This document shows, in pieces, positions 27,390 through 39,965 of a stretch of 64,000 nucleotides of DNA. Location: contig NC_069002.1 in NCBI RefSeq assembly GCF_001194135.2, positions 26,030,023 to 26,094,022 on the forward strand. The letters run 5' to 3'. Below the pieces are notes generated by a model. It worked only from the letters and a program-made list of their open reading frames with translations, ran no database searches and had not been told where the DNA came from. How positions within the stretch are numbered: the stretch's first letter is position 1; the number at the start of each line of letters is the position of its first letter. The position numbers and the translations under genes are program-made. Source of the stretch: Octopus bimaculoides. Taxonomy: Eukaryota.

Positions 27390-27625
27390 TATTTCCTATT
27401 TAGTATTAAGGAAGTTTCATTTATGAGGACCTACTCCTGTATTTGTCTGAGTGTTGGGTCCTTTGGATGCTTGGATAAGATGCGGATGTCAAGTTGACCC
27501 AATGTTGCCTCAGTGTTGGTCCTTGGCATGTTGGTAGAATATGGAGGACCGTTTCTTGTCGTCATATTGTCACAAATGTTCATTTAGTCTTTCTGCAATG
27601 CTCCTAGATGCACCTTCTCTGCATC
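27390..27625 (-). mobile_element. Penelope-like GIY-YIG fragment with stops and a frameshift
   Basis: RSIAERLNEHL*QYDDKKRSSIFYQHAKDQH, then shifted QLDIRILSKHPKDPTLRQIQE*VLINETSLILNR. Confidence 0.7.
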
Positions 27626-27974
27626 TTACGCTGTAAACTAGAAATGCACACACACACACGCACATACTCAGACATGCACACACAAGGAGACAGAGGTACA
27701 CACATACACACACATGCAAACACACACACACACACACAAACACGGTCACGCAAACACATGAATATGCAGAAAGCATACATACAAATGAACACACATACAT
27801 ATATACATAGGCGCATGAGTGGTTGTGTGGTAAGTAGCTTGCTTACGAACCACATGGTTTCGGGTTCAGTCCCATTGTGTGGCACTTTGGGCAAGTGTTT
27901 TCTACTATAGCCTCGGGCTGACCCAAGCCTTGTGTGTGGATTTGGTAGACAGAAACCGAAAGAAGTCCATTGTA

Positions 27975-28057
<83 letters not shown>

Positions 28058-28762
28058 ATATATAAATATATATATGTATATATGTATGTATGTATANNNN
28101 NNNNNNNNNNNNNNNNNNNNNNNNNNNNNNNNNNNNNNNNNNNNNNNNNNNNNNNNNNNNNNNNNNNNNNNNNNNNNNNNNNNNNNNNNNNNNNNNNNNN
28201 NNNNNNNNNNNNNNNNNNNNNNNNNNNNNNNNNNNNNNNNNNNNNNNNNNNNNNNNNNNNNNNNNNNNNNNNNNNNNNNNNNNNNNNNNNNNNNNNNNNN
28301 NNNNNNNNNNNNNNNNNNNNNNNNNNNNNNNNNNNNNNNNNNNNNNNNNNNNNNNNNNNNNNNNNNNNNNNNNNNNNNNNNNNNNNNNNNNNNNNNNNNN
28401 NNNNNNNNNNNNNNNNNNNNNNNNNNNNNNNNNNNNNNNNNNNNNNNNNNNNNNNNNNNNNNNNNNNNNNNNNNNNNNNNNNNNNNNNNNNNNNNNNNNN
28501 NNNNNNNNNNNNNNNNNNNNNNNNNNNNNNNNNNNNNNNNNNNNNNNNNNNNNNNNNNNNNNNNNNNNNNNNNNNNNNNNNNNNNNNNNNNNNNNNNNNN
28601 NNNNNNNNNNNNNNNNNNNNNNNNNNNNNNNNNNNNNNNNNNNNNNNNNNNNNNNNNNNNNNNNNNNNNNNNNNNNNNNNNNNNNNNNNNNNNNNNNNNN
28701 NNNNNNNNNNNNNNNNNNNNNNNNNNNNNNNNNNNNNNNNNNNNNNNNNNNNNNNNNNNNNN

Positions 28763-29112
28763 ATGACGACGAGGGTTCCAGTTGATCCGAACAATGGAAC
28801 AGCCTGCTCGTGAAATTAACGTGTGGCTGAGCACTCCACAGACACGTGTACCCTTAATGTAGTTCTCGGGGATATTCAGCGTGACACAATGTGACAAGGC
28901 TGACCCTTTGAATTACAGGCACAACAGAAACAGGAAGTAAGAGTGAGAGAAAGTTGTGGTGGAAGAGTACAGCAGGGTTCACCACCATCCCCTGCCTCAT
29001 GGAGCTTGAGGTGTTTTCGCTCAATAAACACTCACAACACCCGGTCTGGGAATCGAAACCGTGATCCTATGACCGCGAGTCCGCTGCCCTAACCACTGGG
29101 CCATTGTGCCTC
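28763..29112 (-). mobile_element. tRNA-derived SINE, family C
   Basis: Reverse complement head ggaggcacaatggcccagtggttagggcagcggactcgcggtcataggatcacggtttcgattcccagacc has A and B boxes. A related partial copy lies at about 22312-22500 (+). Confidence 0.8.
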
Positions 29113-30584
29113 CACACATACATATCATACACACAGACTAAACATATTATGGCCACATATCACATACATTACATATATTATACACCTCATTTTCTCTCCT
29201 TCCTTTCGTTTCTTTTCTTACTGGGGCAGCCGTGTATCTTCTCTATAGTAAACCACTTACCTCTATCTCTTCTGTTATACTTTAACCTCTCAACAGGCAC
29301 AAAGCCACCTCCCACAGTTCTACTCCCTCTCTCAGCTGAGAGGTTTTCCTCTTGCAGATTACTTGGCAACCCCATTGGTGTTGGTGCCATGTAAAAAGCA
29401 CCCAGTACACTCTGTAAAAAAGGTTGGTATTTGGAAGGGCATCCAGTTTTTGAAAACATGCCAAAACTGATAGTAGAGCCTGATGCAGTCGTCTGGCCTT
29501 GCTAATTCTTGTCAAACCGTCCAACTCATGCCAGGATGGAAAACGGATGTTAAATGATGATGATGATGATGATATACACACATTGCAACTGAGTGAACTC
29601 CACTAAAAGTACCGAAGTGTCAGGTGATTGTGATAATCTGGGCAATGGATTAAGTCTACCACCCATGTGAGGCCATGGGGGAGGGAATAGGATTTGAACT
29701 CAGAACACAAAATAACTGAAAGAAACACCATAAGGCATCCAGTCTGGTGCTTTAACAATGTATCTAATCACTGGCCTGGATTAGTAGGTTTTGTTAATCG
29801 ACCCCAAAAATGATGAAAGGCAAAGTTAATCTCTACAGGATTTGAACATGGAACAATGAGTGCCAGAACAAACATCATGAGGCATTTAATCTGATGCTCA
29901 AATGATTGTGGTGCAAGGTTTTGTGGATCAGGCTCATCTTGGCTAACTCTTTTGATTCCAATGTGCTTGAAGTTACCAATAGTTCCACAGTGTGAACTTG
30001 ATTGTTTTTAAATTAAAAGACTTTCATCAGAATTTCATGTTGGATCCCCTTTTGTTGATCCTTTTTGTTGGATGCCTTTTTGTTAATCCGTTTGCTAGCA
30101 ACGACCCTCTTAACCCATTCCTGATTCTATGATACAAAGTCTGTTTTAAAACTTTTCATCACAATCTGGTGTTAATTTATGTTTCAAACATTAGATTAAT
30201 GAGAAAGTTATCTAATTAGATTCTTCATTATTTTCAAAATTAATTGCAACAAAGGCAGTGTATTTCAGCAGAAATATGGTAACAAAAGGGTTAAAGTGAT
30301 CTAAATAAAAACCTTCCATTCAAAATTTCTCTTTGAATAAATAATAACAAATTTGTTGTATTTCAGGATGGTCATTTTTTTTTTCTTTTTGCCAAATAAA
30401 CACACACACTGTATATTTTTTTCTTTACTCATTTATTACTGTTCTTATTTTATTATTTTAACTCATGTCCATTGTCCGAAAATCTTTCATCACACATCTG
30501 TGACCTCTTCAGCGACACTTTTAATTTTCGTGTGTATTCTTGCTCCACTTACTCCATTCTGTTCTTCTAAGATGTGCATCCTTA

Positions 30585-30810
30585 TGGAGTAAAGATTGTT
30601 TGCCAACATAACATGTTGCTATAATTTAGCCCCAGGAGACATCGTCTCCAGTTGGCTATATGACATGATCTGTGTTCTTATATTTTCGAACAAGGAACAC
30701 AGATCATGTCGTATAGCCAGCTGGAGATGATGTCTCTTGGGGCTAAATTACAGCAACATTCGTCCTAAACCAGGACTGCCATGTTATGTTGGCAAACAAT
30801 CTTTACTCCA
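30585..30810. repeat. Fold-back of the 3' part of the same ~350-bp family; no hammerhead retained
   Basis: 30585-30677 is inverted relative to 30695-30810. It shares tatagccagttggagatgatgtctc.tggggctaaa with the copy near 7980-8015. Confidence 0.85.
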
Positions 30811-32009
30811 AAGTACTGTTGCTGAATATTTGTCATTGTGAGATTTACAAATAGTAATTTTCTAGTGTATCCTTATGTGTGCATGCGTTTGCGTCTGTGT
30901 TTGTGTGTGTATGTGCATGTGTGTGTGTGTGTGTGTGTGTGTGCGTTTATTTAACTATATTCTTCATTATTTTCAGAATTAAATGCAACAAACACAATGT
31001 ATTTCTACAGAAAATATGGTAAGGAAAGAGTGAAAGCGTGTTTCAAATTCTGACCTGGTAATGAAAAGATTGGTTATTTTGCTAAATTCTTCAAATTCAC
31101 TGATTACTTTTAAAATTAAATGAGACATATTGGCAGTGGATTTTAATATAAATATAAATTTTGGTCATAAATATCAAATATTAACAACAACAACAAGATT
31201 TACAGGAATGTTTGTCATATAACTGACTGTTATTTCACAGAACCATCTGCTAGAACAGAACTAAAAGAGTTGTTTCAAAACAACGAAATTTTAAAGTTGG
31301 AACAGCCTCTCCATAATAATCATTATTATTTCTGCTTAATTATTGCTAACGAGAATTCCTAGAAATGGAGAAATATCCTGATATTTTGATATCTTCTTGA
31401 AGAGATCAAAGCAGAAGTGAAAGCCAGTTAATTTCGCCTTTCATCTTTCCTGTGTGAATGGAACAGTTATTAGTATTACATTGGAGTTAATTCAATAAAA
31501 CTATTTGCCTAACCTAAAACATTTGGCTCCGCAAATACTTAGAAAAGACATCAATGTTAAAGACAAACTTTGAGAGTTCTTGACGTAGTTTGAGAATTCA
31601 ACACGAGATGTATTTCAATCAGGAAGCGAATGATTTTGCTTTTGGCAATGCCAGTATTTCTGATATTTACCGTTTTAATTTCGGTGTCAAATAAGTGATA
31701 TTCTCTCCAAGCTATTATATTCTCTCTAATAGATTTTCTTTCCTGAAGAGAATCTTTCAGTGAAGATGTCTTTTCACACAAACATTGCTATGCCATGGAA
31801 GTGTTGTTATTCTAAAGACAGTATGGAAGTAAATGTATCTACAGTTTAAACTTGGAACACTTCATATTTTAACCATCTATTTATTATTATTCTTATCATT
31901 GTTATTATCATCATCATCATCATCATTATCATCATTATTATTATTATTATTATTATCATTATAAGTTAAGAAAACTCTATTATTATTATTATAAAGAAAA
32001 CATTATTTA

Positions 32010-32056
<47 letters not shown>

Positions 32057-32204
32057 GGTTTTGTGGGTTTTAATGTGAAATTACATTTATCGCTGCTGTC
32101 TGTATGTGGTTGGTTTACGAAATAGTATAAGTCAGGATTACAAATAACTCAAGATAATTCAGAATCTGTTTTGAGAGTGAAAATAGTCAAGTGAATAGAA
32201 TATT

Positions 32205-32915
32205 GTCAAACTGCTGTCTCCATGGTTAGCACATTGGAGAAGCAACCAAGAGGCCGATGGTTCAATTCCTATCATTGGTTATATTGTCTCCGTAGTTAGG
32301 ACTTAGAATAAACAACCAAGAGGTTAGCAGTTCAAATTCTATCATTGACAATATGTTATCTCTGTGGCTATGACACTGGACCAGAGACCAAGAGATTGGT
32401 AGTTCAAATCCTGCAATTGGCAAATTGTTTTTACCATAGTTGGGATATTGTCAAACAACCAAGAGGTTGGTAGTTCAAAGGCTGATGCTGGCAGAGGGAG
32501 AACACATGCAGTCTGTTATCTCTATAGCTGCGACATTGGACAAGCAACCAAGAGGTTAGTGGTTCAAGTTCTATCATTGGTAATATGTTATATTCATAGT
32601 CAAGACATTGAACGAGCAGCTAAGAAGTTGAGGGTTCAAGTCCTGTCATTGGTTATATGTTAGGAGGTGGAACAAACATCCAAGAGAGTAGCAGTTCAAA
32701 TTCTACCATTGAATTTATATTGTCACTGTGGCTATGACATTGGACCAGCAACCAAAGGGTTAGTGGTTCAAATTTTGTATTCTCTATAGATAGAACATTG
32801 TCAAGCAACCAAGAGGTTAGTAGTTCAAATTCTGTCATAGGCAAACTGTTTTTACCATAGCTAGTACATAGGACAAGCAGTCAAGAAGTTGATGGTTCAA
32901 ATTTTGTCATTATCA
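32205..32915 (+). repeat. Tandem array of 10 tRNA-like ~70-bp units
   Basis: gacattggacaagcaaccaagaggtt.gt.gttcaaattc recurs near 32243, 32313, 32386, 32457, 32545, 32617, 32677, 32748, 32805 and 32878. Confidence 0.85.
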
Positions 32916-32950
32916 AACAATTTTGAACTATCTATCTATCTATCTATCTA

Positions 32951-32994
<44 letters not shown>

Positions 32995-33107
32995 NNNNNN
33001 NNNNNNNNNNNNNNNNNNNNNNNNNNNNNNNNNNNNNNNNNNNNNNNNNNNNNNNNNNNNNNNNNNNNNNNNNNNNNNNNNNNNNNNNNNNNNNNNNNNN
33101 NNNNNNN

Positions 33108-33154
<47 letters not shown>

Positions 33155-33309
33155 CATAATCAAATCAAATAAATGAACATTAAAAAAATAACAATAACAA
33201 ACAACAAGAGGATATGCACATGGATTGCATTAGTTTGACACTCAGTAAAAATGACGTTTTGATGTTTCAAGCATATATATGAATACACGCACGCACACAT
33301 ATATATTTA

Positions 33310-34135
33310 TATCATCATCATCATCATCATCATTGTCATCGCCGTCGTCATCATCGTTTAACGTCTATTTTCCATGCTGGCATGAGTTGGATGGTTTGAC
33401 AGAGAACTGGCTGGCCGGGATGCTGCACCAGGCTCCAATCAGATTTGCCAAGGCTTCTACAGCTGGATGCCCTTCTTCATGCTAACTACTCTGAGAGTGT
33501 TGTGGGTGCTTTTTTACGTCCCACCGGCATGGATGCCAGTCTGGCAGCACTGGCATCAGCCATGCTCGAACAGTTCTTTGTATGTGCCACCAACACAGGT
33601 GTCAATCAGGCAGCACTGTCTTCAGCCAAGCTTAAATGTTATTTTTTATGTGCCACCGACATGGCTGCAGTCAAGTGGCACTGGTATCAGCCATGACTAC
33701 GATTTCACTTGGTTCAACAGGTCTTCACAAGCACAGCACATCACCCAATGATTGAAGGGTGCTTTAAATGGGCCAGTTATGTGACACTGGCATCGGTTAT
33801 GACTATGATCCCACTTAGCTTGCCAGGTCTTCTCAAGTATGACATATCTCCAAAGGTCTCGGTCGCTTGTCATTGCCTCTGTGAGGCCCAACATTCGAAG
33901 GTCGTGCTTCACCACCTCATCCCATGTCTTCCTGGGTCTACCTCTTCCTCAGGTTCCCTCCACTGTTAGGGTGTGACACTTTTTCACACAGCTCTCCTCA
34001 TCCATACACATCACATGATCATACCAGCACAGTTGTCTCTCTTGTACAACACATCTGATGCTTCTTGTGCCCAACATTTCTCTCAGGGCACTTACACTCT
34101 GTTGTGTATGTGTGTGGCTAACTAGCAAGATAGTT
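33310..34135 (-). mobile_element. RTE LINE 3' end (ORF end, long 3' UTR, (GAT)n tail), head-to-head with the 34140 copy
   Basis: QERQLCWYDHVMCMDEESCVKKCH...VVKHDLRMLGLTEAMTSDRDLWRY, continuing into the common ...catgccagcatggaaa...ttaaa(cgat/gat)n tail. Confidence 0.9.
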
Positions 34136-34139
34136 TTTG

Positions 34140-34795
34140 TACGTGGCAGATGCTCAGGAGAAATAAACACTGAAAATGTGCAGAGAACAACTTCTGCCAC
34201 ATTCCAGGGAGAAAAACTAGATGTAGTTGATAGCTTCCGCTATCTAGGTGACCAAGTTAGTAGTGGGGGAGGGTGCGCTGAAAGTGTAGTTGCTACAATA
34301 AGAATAGCCTGGGCAAAGTTCAGAGAGGTCTTACCTCTGCTGGCGACAAAGGGACTCTCACTCAGAGTAAAAGGCAGACAGTATGACGCATGTGTACGAA
34401 CAGCTATGCTACATGGCAGTGAAACATGGGCCATGTCTGCTGAGGACATGTGTAAGCTCGCAAACAATGAAGCCAGTATGCTCCGATGGATGATTAATGT
34501 CAGTGTGCATACTCGACAGAGTGTAAGTATCTTGAGAGAAAAGTTGGACCTAAGAAGCATCAGTTGTGGTTTGCAGGAGAGATGATTGCGCTGGTATGGT
34601 CACGTGGCAAGAATGGATGAGGATAGCTGTGTGAAAAAATGCCACAACCTAGCAGTTGAGGGAACCTGTAGAAGAGGTAGACCCAAGAAGACCTGGGATG
34701 AGGTGGTGAAGCACGACCTTCGAACATTAGGCCTCACTGAGGCAATAACTAGTGACCGAGACCTTTGGAAATATGCTGTGCGCGAGACAACCCAG
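34140..34795 (+). mobile_element. RTE-clade LINE, 5'-truncated RT C-terminal region
   Basis: FRYLG...RIAWAKFREVLPLL...LHGSETW...LRWYGHVARMDEDSCVKK...GRPKKTWDEVVKHDL...DRDLW, with one in-frame stop. Confidence 0.92.
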
Positions 34796-34797
34796 CT

Positions 34798-34837
<40 letters not shown>

Positions 34838-35944
34838 GGTGGCACACTGGCAAGATGATTAGCATGCTAGGCAAAATACTAGCGGTATTTCGTTTGTCTT
34901 TACGTTCTGAGTTCAAATGCTGCCGAGGTCACCTTTGCCTTTCATCCTTTCAGGGTTGATAAAATAAGTACCAGTTGAATACTGGGGTCGATGTAATCGC
35001 CTCCCCCCCCCCTCGAAATTACTGGCCTTATGCCAAAATTAAAAGCCAGTATTTCTGGAGTAGAATATAATATTCTAACTTGCTAAAGAGAATGGCTTCC
35101 AGTTTTATCCTGATGATTGTAATTAGCTAATGGCTTTTGACAGTTGAGTTTGTATTTCATAATAATAACTGTTCCATCAAGATATTCTTACCAAATCGAA
35201 CAGCTTTGAATTTGGCTAAATATTTTCTAGGTAAATTATTCCAAATGAACTTTGATGCTACATATTGGGAAATTGGTAGAGCCGACTGATGAAGAAAGGC
35301 TGTCAAAAGTGTTAGAATGTGCCTGGAGATATTTCCAGTAAGGAAGAAATGAAAGTTGTTTGATAACTGGTGGGGGTGGGAGACAGGAAATGGTTTCCTG
35401 TTTTTGAAGTTAGAACCCTCAGGATCACACATGAGAATGAGAATTATTTAAAGACAGATAGGAGAGAAAGGAGAAAAAGAGAGTCAGGAAACAGTTTGAA
35501 AATTTTAAGTGAGAAAAGGAAATAGTGTAGAAGAGATTAAGGCAAGATTTTGGTTAGTCACCATCATAATCTGGTCCTGCTTGGTTTGTTTGTCTTTTTT
35601 TTTTTTTTTGCTGAAATGAGATTTAAAAAAATTTAATGTTTTTTTCCTTTTAATGATTTAACGGGAGGAAGAAAGACAATACCTATGACTTTGTGGTTGC
35701 TGAGACTCCTGGGAAGAAGAAGGAAAGCTACCCTTAGATTCATGGGTAGTATTAAAGCCAAGTGTTGGATCAAATCCATTTCTCATGAGCTGGAAAGATT
35801 CTTCCAACAATGTTTCTTCCAATGGATTGTCACTTCGTGTTGGATTAAATATATTACACAAGACCAGGAGACACTCCCCCATCAGACTTCCACAAGGTGT
35901 TGGATTAAATTCATTGCCCTGTTTACCTCAGCCAAACCATGAGA

Positions 35945-36690
35945 CATTGTAGCTTTAACAGAGAACATCTCAGCTGTGACACAATACTTCAGATATAACA
36001 CTGAACACCACTGCTGTAACAGAGCATCTCAGGTGTAACACAGAACAACACTTCAGCTATAACAGATAATACCTCAGCAGCGACACAGAACACTTCAGCT
36101 GTAACACAGAACACTAACTATAACACAGAACATCTCAGTTGTAACAGAACATCTCAGCTGTACCTCAAAACACCTCAACTGTAACTGAACATCTCAGTTG
36201 TAACACAGAACACCTCAGCTATGTCAGAAAACATCTCAGATGGAACACAGAACACTTTAACTATAACACAGAACACCTCAGCTCTAACAGAACATCTCAA
36301 ATGTAACTTCAACTGTGACAAAGTACACCTCAACTGTAACACTAACAACTCATTTGTAACAGAACACTTCAGCTGTAATGGAGAACACCTCAGTTCTAAC
36401 AGAATAATTCAACTGTGACAGAGAACACCTGAACTGTAACATGGAACATCTCATCTGTAACAAAACATCTCAGCTGTAACAGAACACTTCAGCTGTAACA
36501 CAAACACCTCAGTTGTAACACAAACACCTCAGTTGTAACAAAAACACATCAGATGTAACAGATGAAACCTCTCGTGTAACACTGAATACCTTATCTGGCA
36601 GAGAAAATACCTCAGTTGTAACACAGAGCATTACAGTTGTTACACAGCAACCATCAGCTGTAACACAGAATGCAACAAACAAAATGCAGT
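35945..36690. repeat. Minisatellite with 19-21-bp unit ACAGAACA(C/T)CTCAGCTGTAAC
   Basis: Roughly 35 diverged units; variable unit length breaks reading frames. Confidence 0.9.
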
Positions 36691-37429
36691 ACATTGTAAG
36701 TACCACAAACAATAACAAGCAAAATCTCTATTTCATGGTCAACACTTTCATCTTGATCTGGCTTAAATAAATTGTATTTGTTTTATGACAAATAATTTTA
36801 ATAATCCTATATTTTTTTTTTAAATTTTACAACAAGAATGATGATAATAATTTCTTTTATAAAATAAGAAAATCGTATTTTATTGTAGCAATAAATGGAA
36901 TTGTTCATACATAAATTCTTGAGATGCTAACCTTAGTAGTTCAGATGAAAAAAGAAAGAAAGAACCGTTTTTATTGTCTCTAAACCAATTATTTCTGAGA
37001 TGTCAATTTGCTTTTTTAAGTGGAAAAACATGACATTAATAACATATCGGACTTGAATTTATATATTATAGTTATCATTATTATTATTATTGCAGTTAGT
37101 TTTGTTGTTCTTGCTGCTGCTGCTGCTGCTGCTGTTGTTGTTGTTGTTGTTGTTGTTATCATTATTATTATTATTATTATTATTAAGGCAGCGAACTGGC
37201 AGAATCGTTAGTGCACTGGACAAAATACCTAGCAGTATCTCACCCGTCGCTACATTCCAGGTTCAAATTCCACTGGGGTCGACTTTGCTTTTCCTCTTTT
37301 CAGGGTCAATAAATTAAGTACCAGTGAAACACTGGGGATTGATGTAATCAACTCATCCCCTTCCCCAAAATTGCTGCTCTTGTGGCAAAATTTAAATCTA
37401 TGATTATTATTATTATTATTATTATTATT

Positions 37430-37875
37430 GTTCAGTAGTTTTATTTTTATAACGTGCTTTCACTTCACTACCGAGCGCAGCTCTGTGTGCCTTGGGTATG
37501 TGCTGTGGTTTGCTGTGATGTTCTTATGGTTACTGTATTGAAAGTGTTTTGCGTAGGATGTGTGCAGTGCCCAGTAGTGCAATTTTCTGTATGTTATATA
37601 TATTTGTAAGTCCTGGTGTTTTTGTTATGTATTTGTCTGAATATTTTTGTATTATACCTAAGGAATTGTTTCTGTTTTTAGATTCCACATTGGAGTTATC
37701 TCTATTTCCAGGTCTTTGTATTTTGAAAGTTTTTCCATTTCTTTTAGAGAAACGTTGTCATCTGCTGGTATTGATACATCAATTAGAAAGCATTTTTTTT
37801 CTTCATGATCTTTGACAACTATATCTGGTCTATTGGCCTTAATTTCTCTATCTGTGTGTATTGGCATATCCCAGA
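37430..37875 (-). mobile_element. R4/Dong-like RLE LINE 3' end in an (ATT)n tract
   Basis: IHTDREIKANRPDIVVKDHEEKKCFLIDVSIPADDNVSLKEMEKLSKYKDLEIE; (ATT)n on both sides. Confidence 0.9.
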
Positions 37876-38117
37876 GTATGGTTTATTATTATTATTATTG
37901 TGGTGAGCTGGCTGAGTCGTTAGCATGCTGGACGAAATGCTCAGCAGTATTTCACCCATTGTTACGTTCTGAGTTCAAATTCTGCTGAGGTCAGCTTTGC
38001 CTTTCATCCTTTTGGGATTGATAAATTAAGTACTAGTATCAATGTAATATACTAGTCCCCTTCCCTAAAATTTTGGGCCTTCTGCCAATCTATAATAGAA
38101 AGGATGATTATTATTAC

Positions 38118-38177
<60 letters not shown>

Positions 38178-38619
38178 CATCATCATTATTATTATTCTTT
38201 GAAGTGGTAAGCTGGCAGAGTCATTAGCACGCTGGGCAAAATGCTTAGCAGCATTTCATTCATCTTTATGACTTGAGTTCAAGTTCTGCTAAGGTCGACT
38301 TTGCCTTTCATCTTTTCGGGAGCAAGAAATTAAGTACCAGTGAAACACTGGGGTTGATGTAATCTATTCTCCCCACTACCACAATTTCAGGCCTTGTGCT
38401 TATAGTAGAAAGAATTATCATCATCATCATTATTGAGTGAGAGAGCAGTGCATGCCATCATCATCATCATCATTATTATTATTATTATTATTATTATTAC
38501 ATGCTACAGTTGTTACCAATGATGGCTTTAGGTCTGGTGGCAATGAAGCTGATCAAATCTCAAAAAATCTTTCTCAGATTCTTACAGAATGGCACTTTTC
38601 TGTAGATTGACAATGCATA

Positions 38620-39530
38620 TTTCAGTTCCAAAATCCTTCGAGTCTTTTAGGTAGCAGTTTGGGTACTGTGCCAATTGCTCCCTTTATCATAGGAATAATT
38701 GTCATCTTAGTCTCCCATAACCTCTTCGTCTCTGTAATTTGGTCCTGATATTTTTCAGTTTTCTCAATCTCTTTGTTATCTACTCTCTTATCATATGGTA
38801 TTGTAAAGTCCATGATCTTATACATTGTATTTTCTTTTTGTCCCCTATAATCATATCTAGTTTGGTCAGTCTCTATGGAGAAGTCCTCTCAAATCCTGTA
38901 TTTCTTATCCACTACCACAGACTCTGGCTTGTTTTCATCACATTTCTGTTACTTTAAACCCACACACTGGCTAATATTCTAATGCACCCTTTTACTGACA
39001 CGGTCATACCTGTGCTCATGCTTTATGTAGGAGGAATTTCAACCATGTTTCGTGGTCTGCTACCACAACAGCTCCTTTATAGGATCCAGTTAGCTCAAGA
39101 CATCATCAGGAGGAACCACGTCCAGTTTCGGCCCCTACTCCTCTACCGTTTTGACGTGATGGGGCCACCCCCTTTCGGAGGTGTCGTCAGCTCTGGTGTT
39201 GGGTGCATGTCTTCTTTCACTGTTTGTGACTGTTCTAATTCAACTGTGGAATGTCCTTCGCTATGGTTATTTTCCAGGAGGTTCTGGCCACACGTCTTAC
39301 GGTTCATCAACCCGCGTTGTTGAATTAATTTCTTCCGACATACCTTCCCTTGGTGGATTACTGCATTCACTAAAAAGATAGATAATACTTTCATCTCCTT
39401 TTTCACAGTTTCTGTATTTGCTCTCTGACTGAATTTTATAATTCTTTGTCTTTATCAAATTCATTTTAATGGCTTGCTCCTGAGTGACTATTATTAGCAA
39501 TTCAGCATTTCATTTCCAATTTCACATAGC
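38620..39530 (-). mobile_element. Old R4/Dong-like LINE fragment interrupted by a ~300-bp insertion (about 39025-39330)
   Basis: TQEQAIKMNLIK...ECSN / HRYDRVSKRVH...EDFSIETD...IMDFTIPYD...EKYQD...PMIKGAIG. Confidence 0.75.
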
Positions 39531-39534
39531 TAGC

Positions 39535-39965
39535 AGCCATGCCAGTGGCATGTAAAAGGCAGCTTTCGAGTGTTGGGCCTCATGGAGGCAATGTGACCCA
39601 TGCTGGTCTTGCATATTAGCACCAGCGCTGGTGGCATGTAAAAAGCACCTGTTGAGTGTTGGGCCTCATGGAAGCAATGATAAACGACCGAGACCTTTGG
39701 CAATATACTGTACTTGAGTAAAAGACCCATCAAGCCAAGTGAAATCGTAGTCGTGGCAGATGCTAGTGTCACACAACTGGCACCCATGCCAATGGCACAT
39801 AAAAGCACCCACTGGAGTGGTTGGCATTACAAAGGGAATTCAGCCATAGAAACCATGACAAATCAGACTGGAGTCTGGTGCAGCCCCTCAGCTTACCAGC
39901 CCTAGTCAAACCATCCAACCCATGCAAACATGGACAATGGACGTTAAATTATGATGCTGATGATG
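39535..39965 (+). mobile_element. RTE 3' UTR-derived short element
   Basis: Same family as 50805. Further copies at about 68-232, 3445-3745 (-), 12890-13140, 29370-29572, 40430-40900, 46365-46682 and 48985-49187. Confidence 0.8.

Noticed and set aside
32205-32915. Cluster of functional tRNA genes
   Set aside because: The units lack acceptor stems and complete D arms; they are kept only as a tRNA-like array.
35945-36690. CRISPR-like or coding tandem repeat
   Set aside because: There are no unique spacers, unit length varies, and the context is eukaryotic.
39120-39205. Upstream CTGACGA...GAAAC as a functional hammerhead
   Set aside because: No valid NUH site with a pairing stem I.
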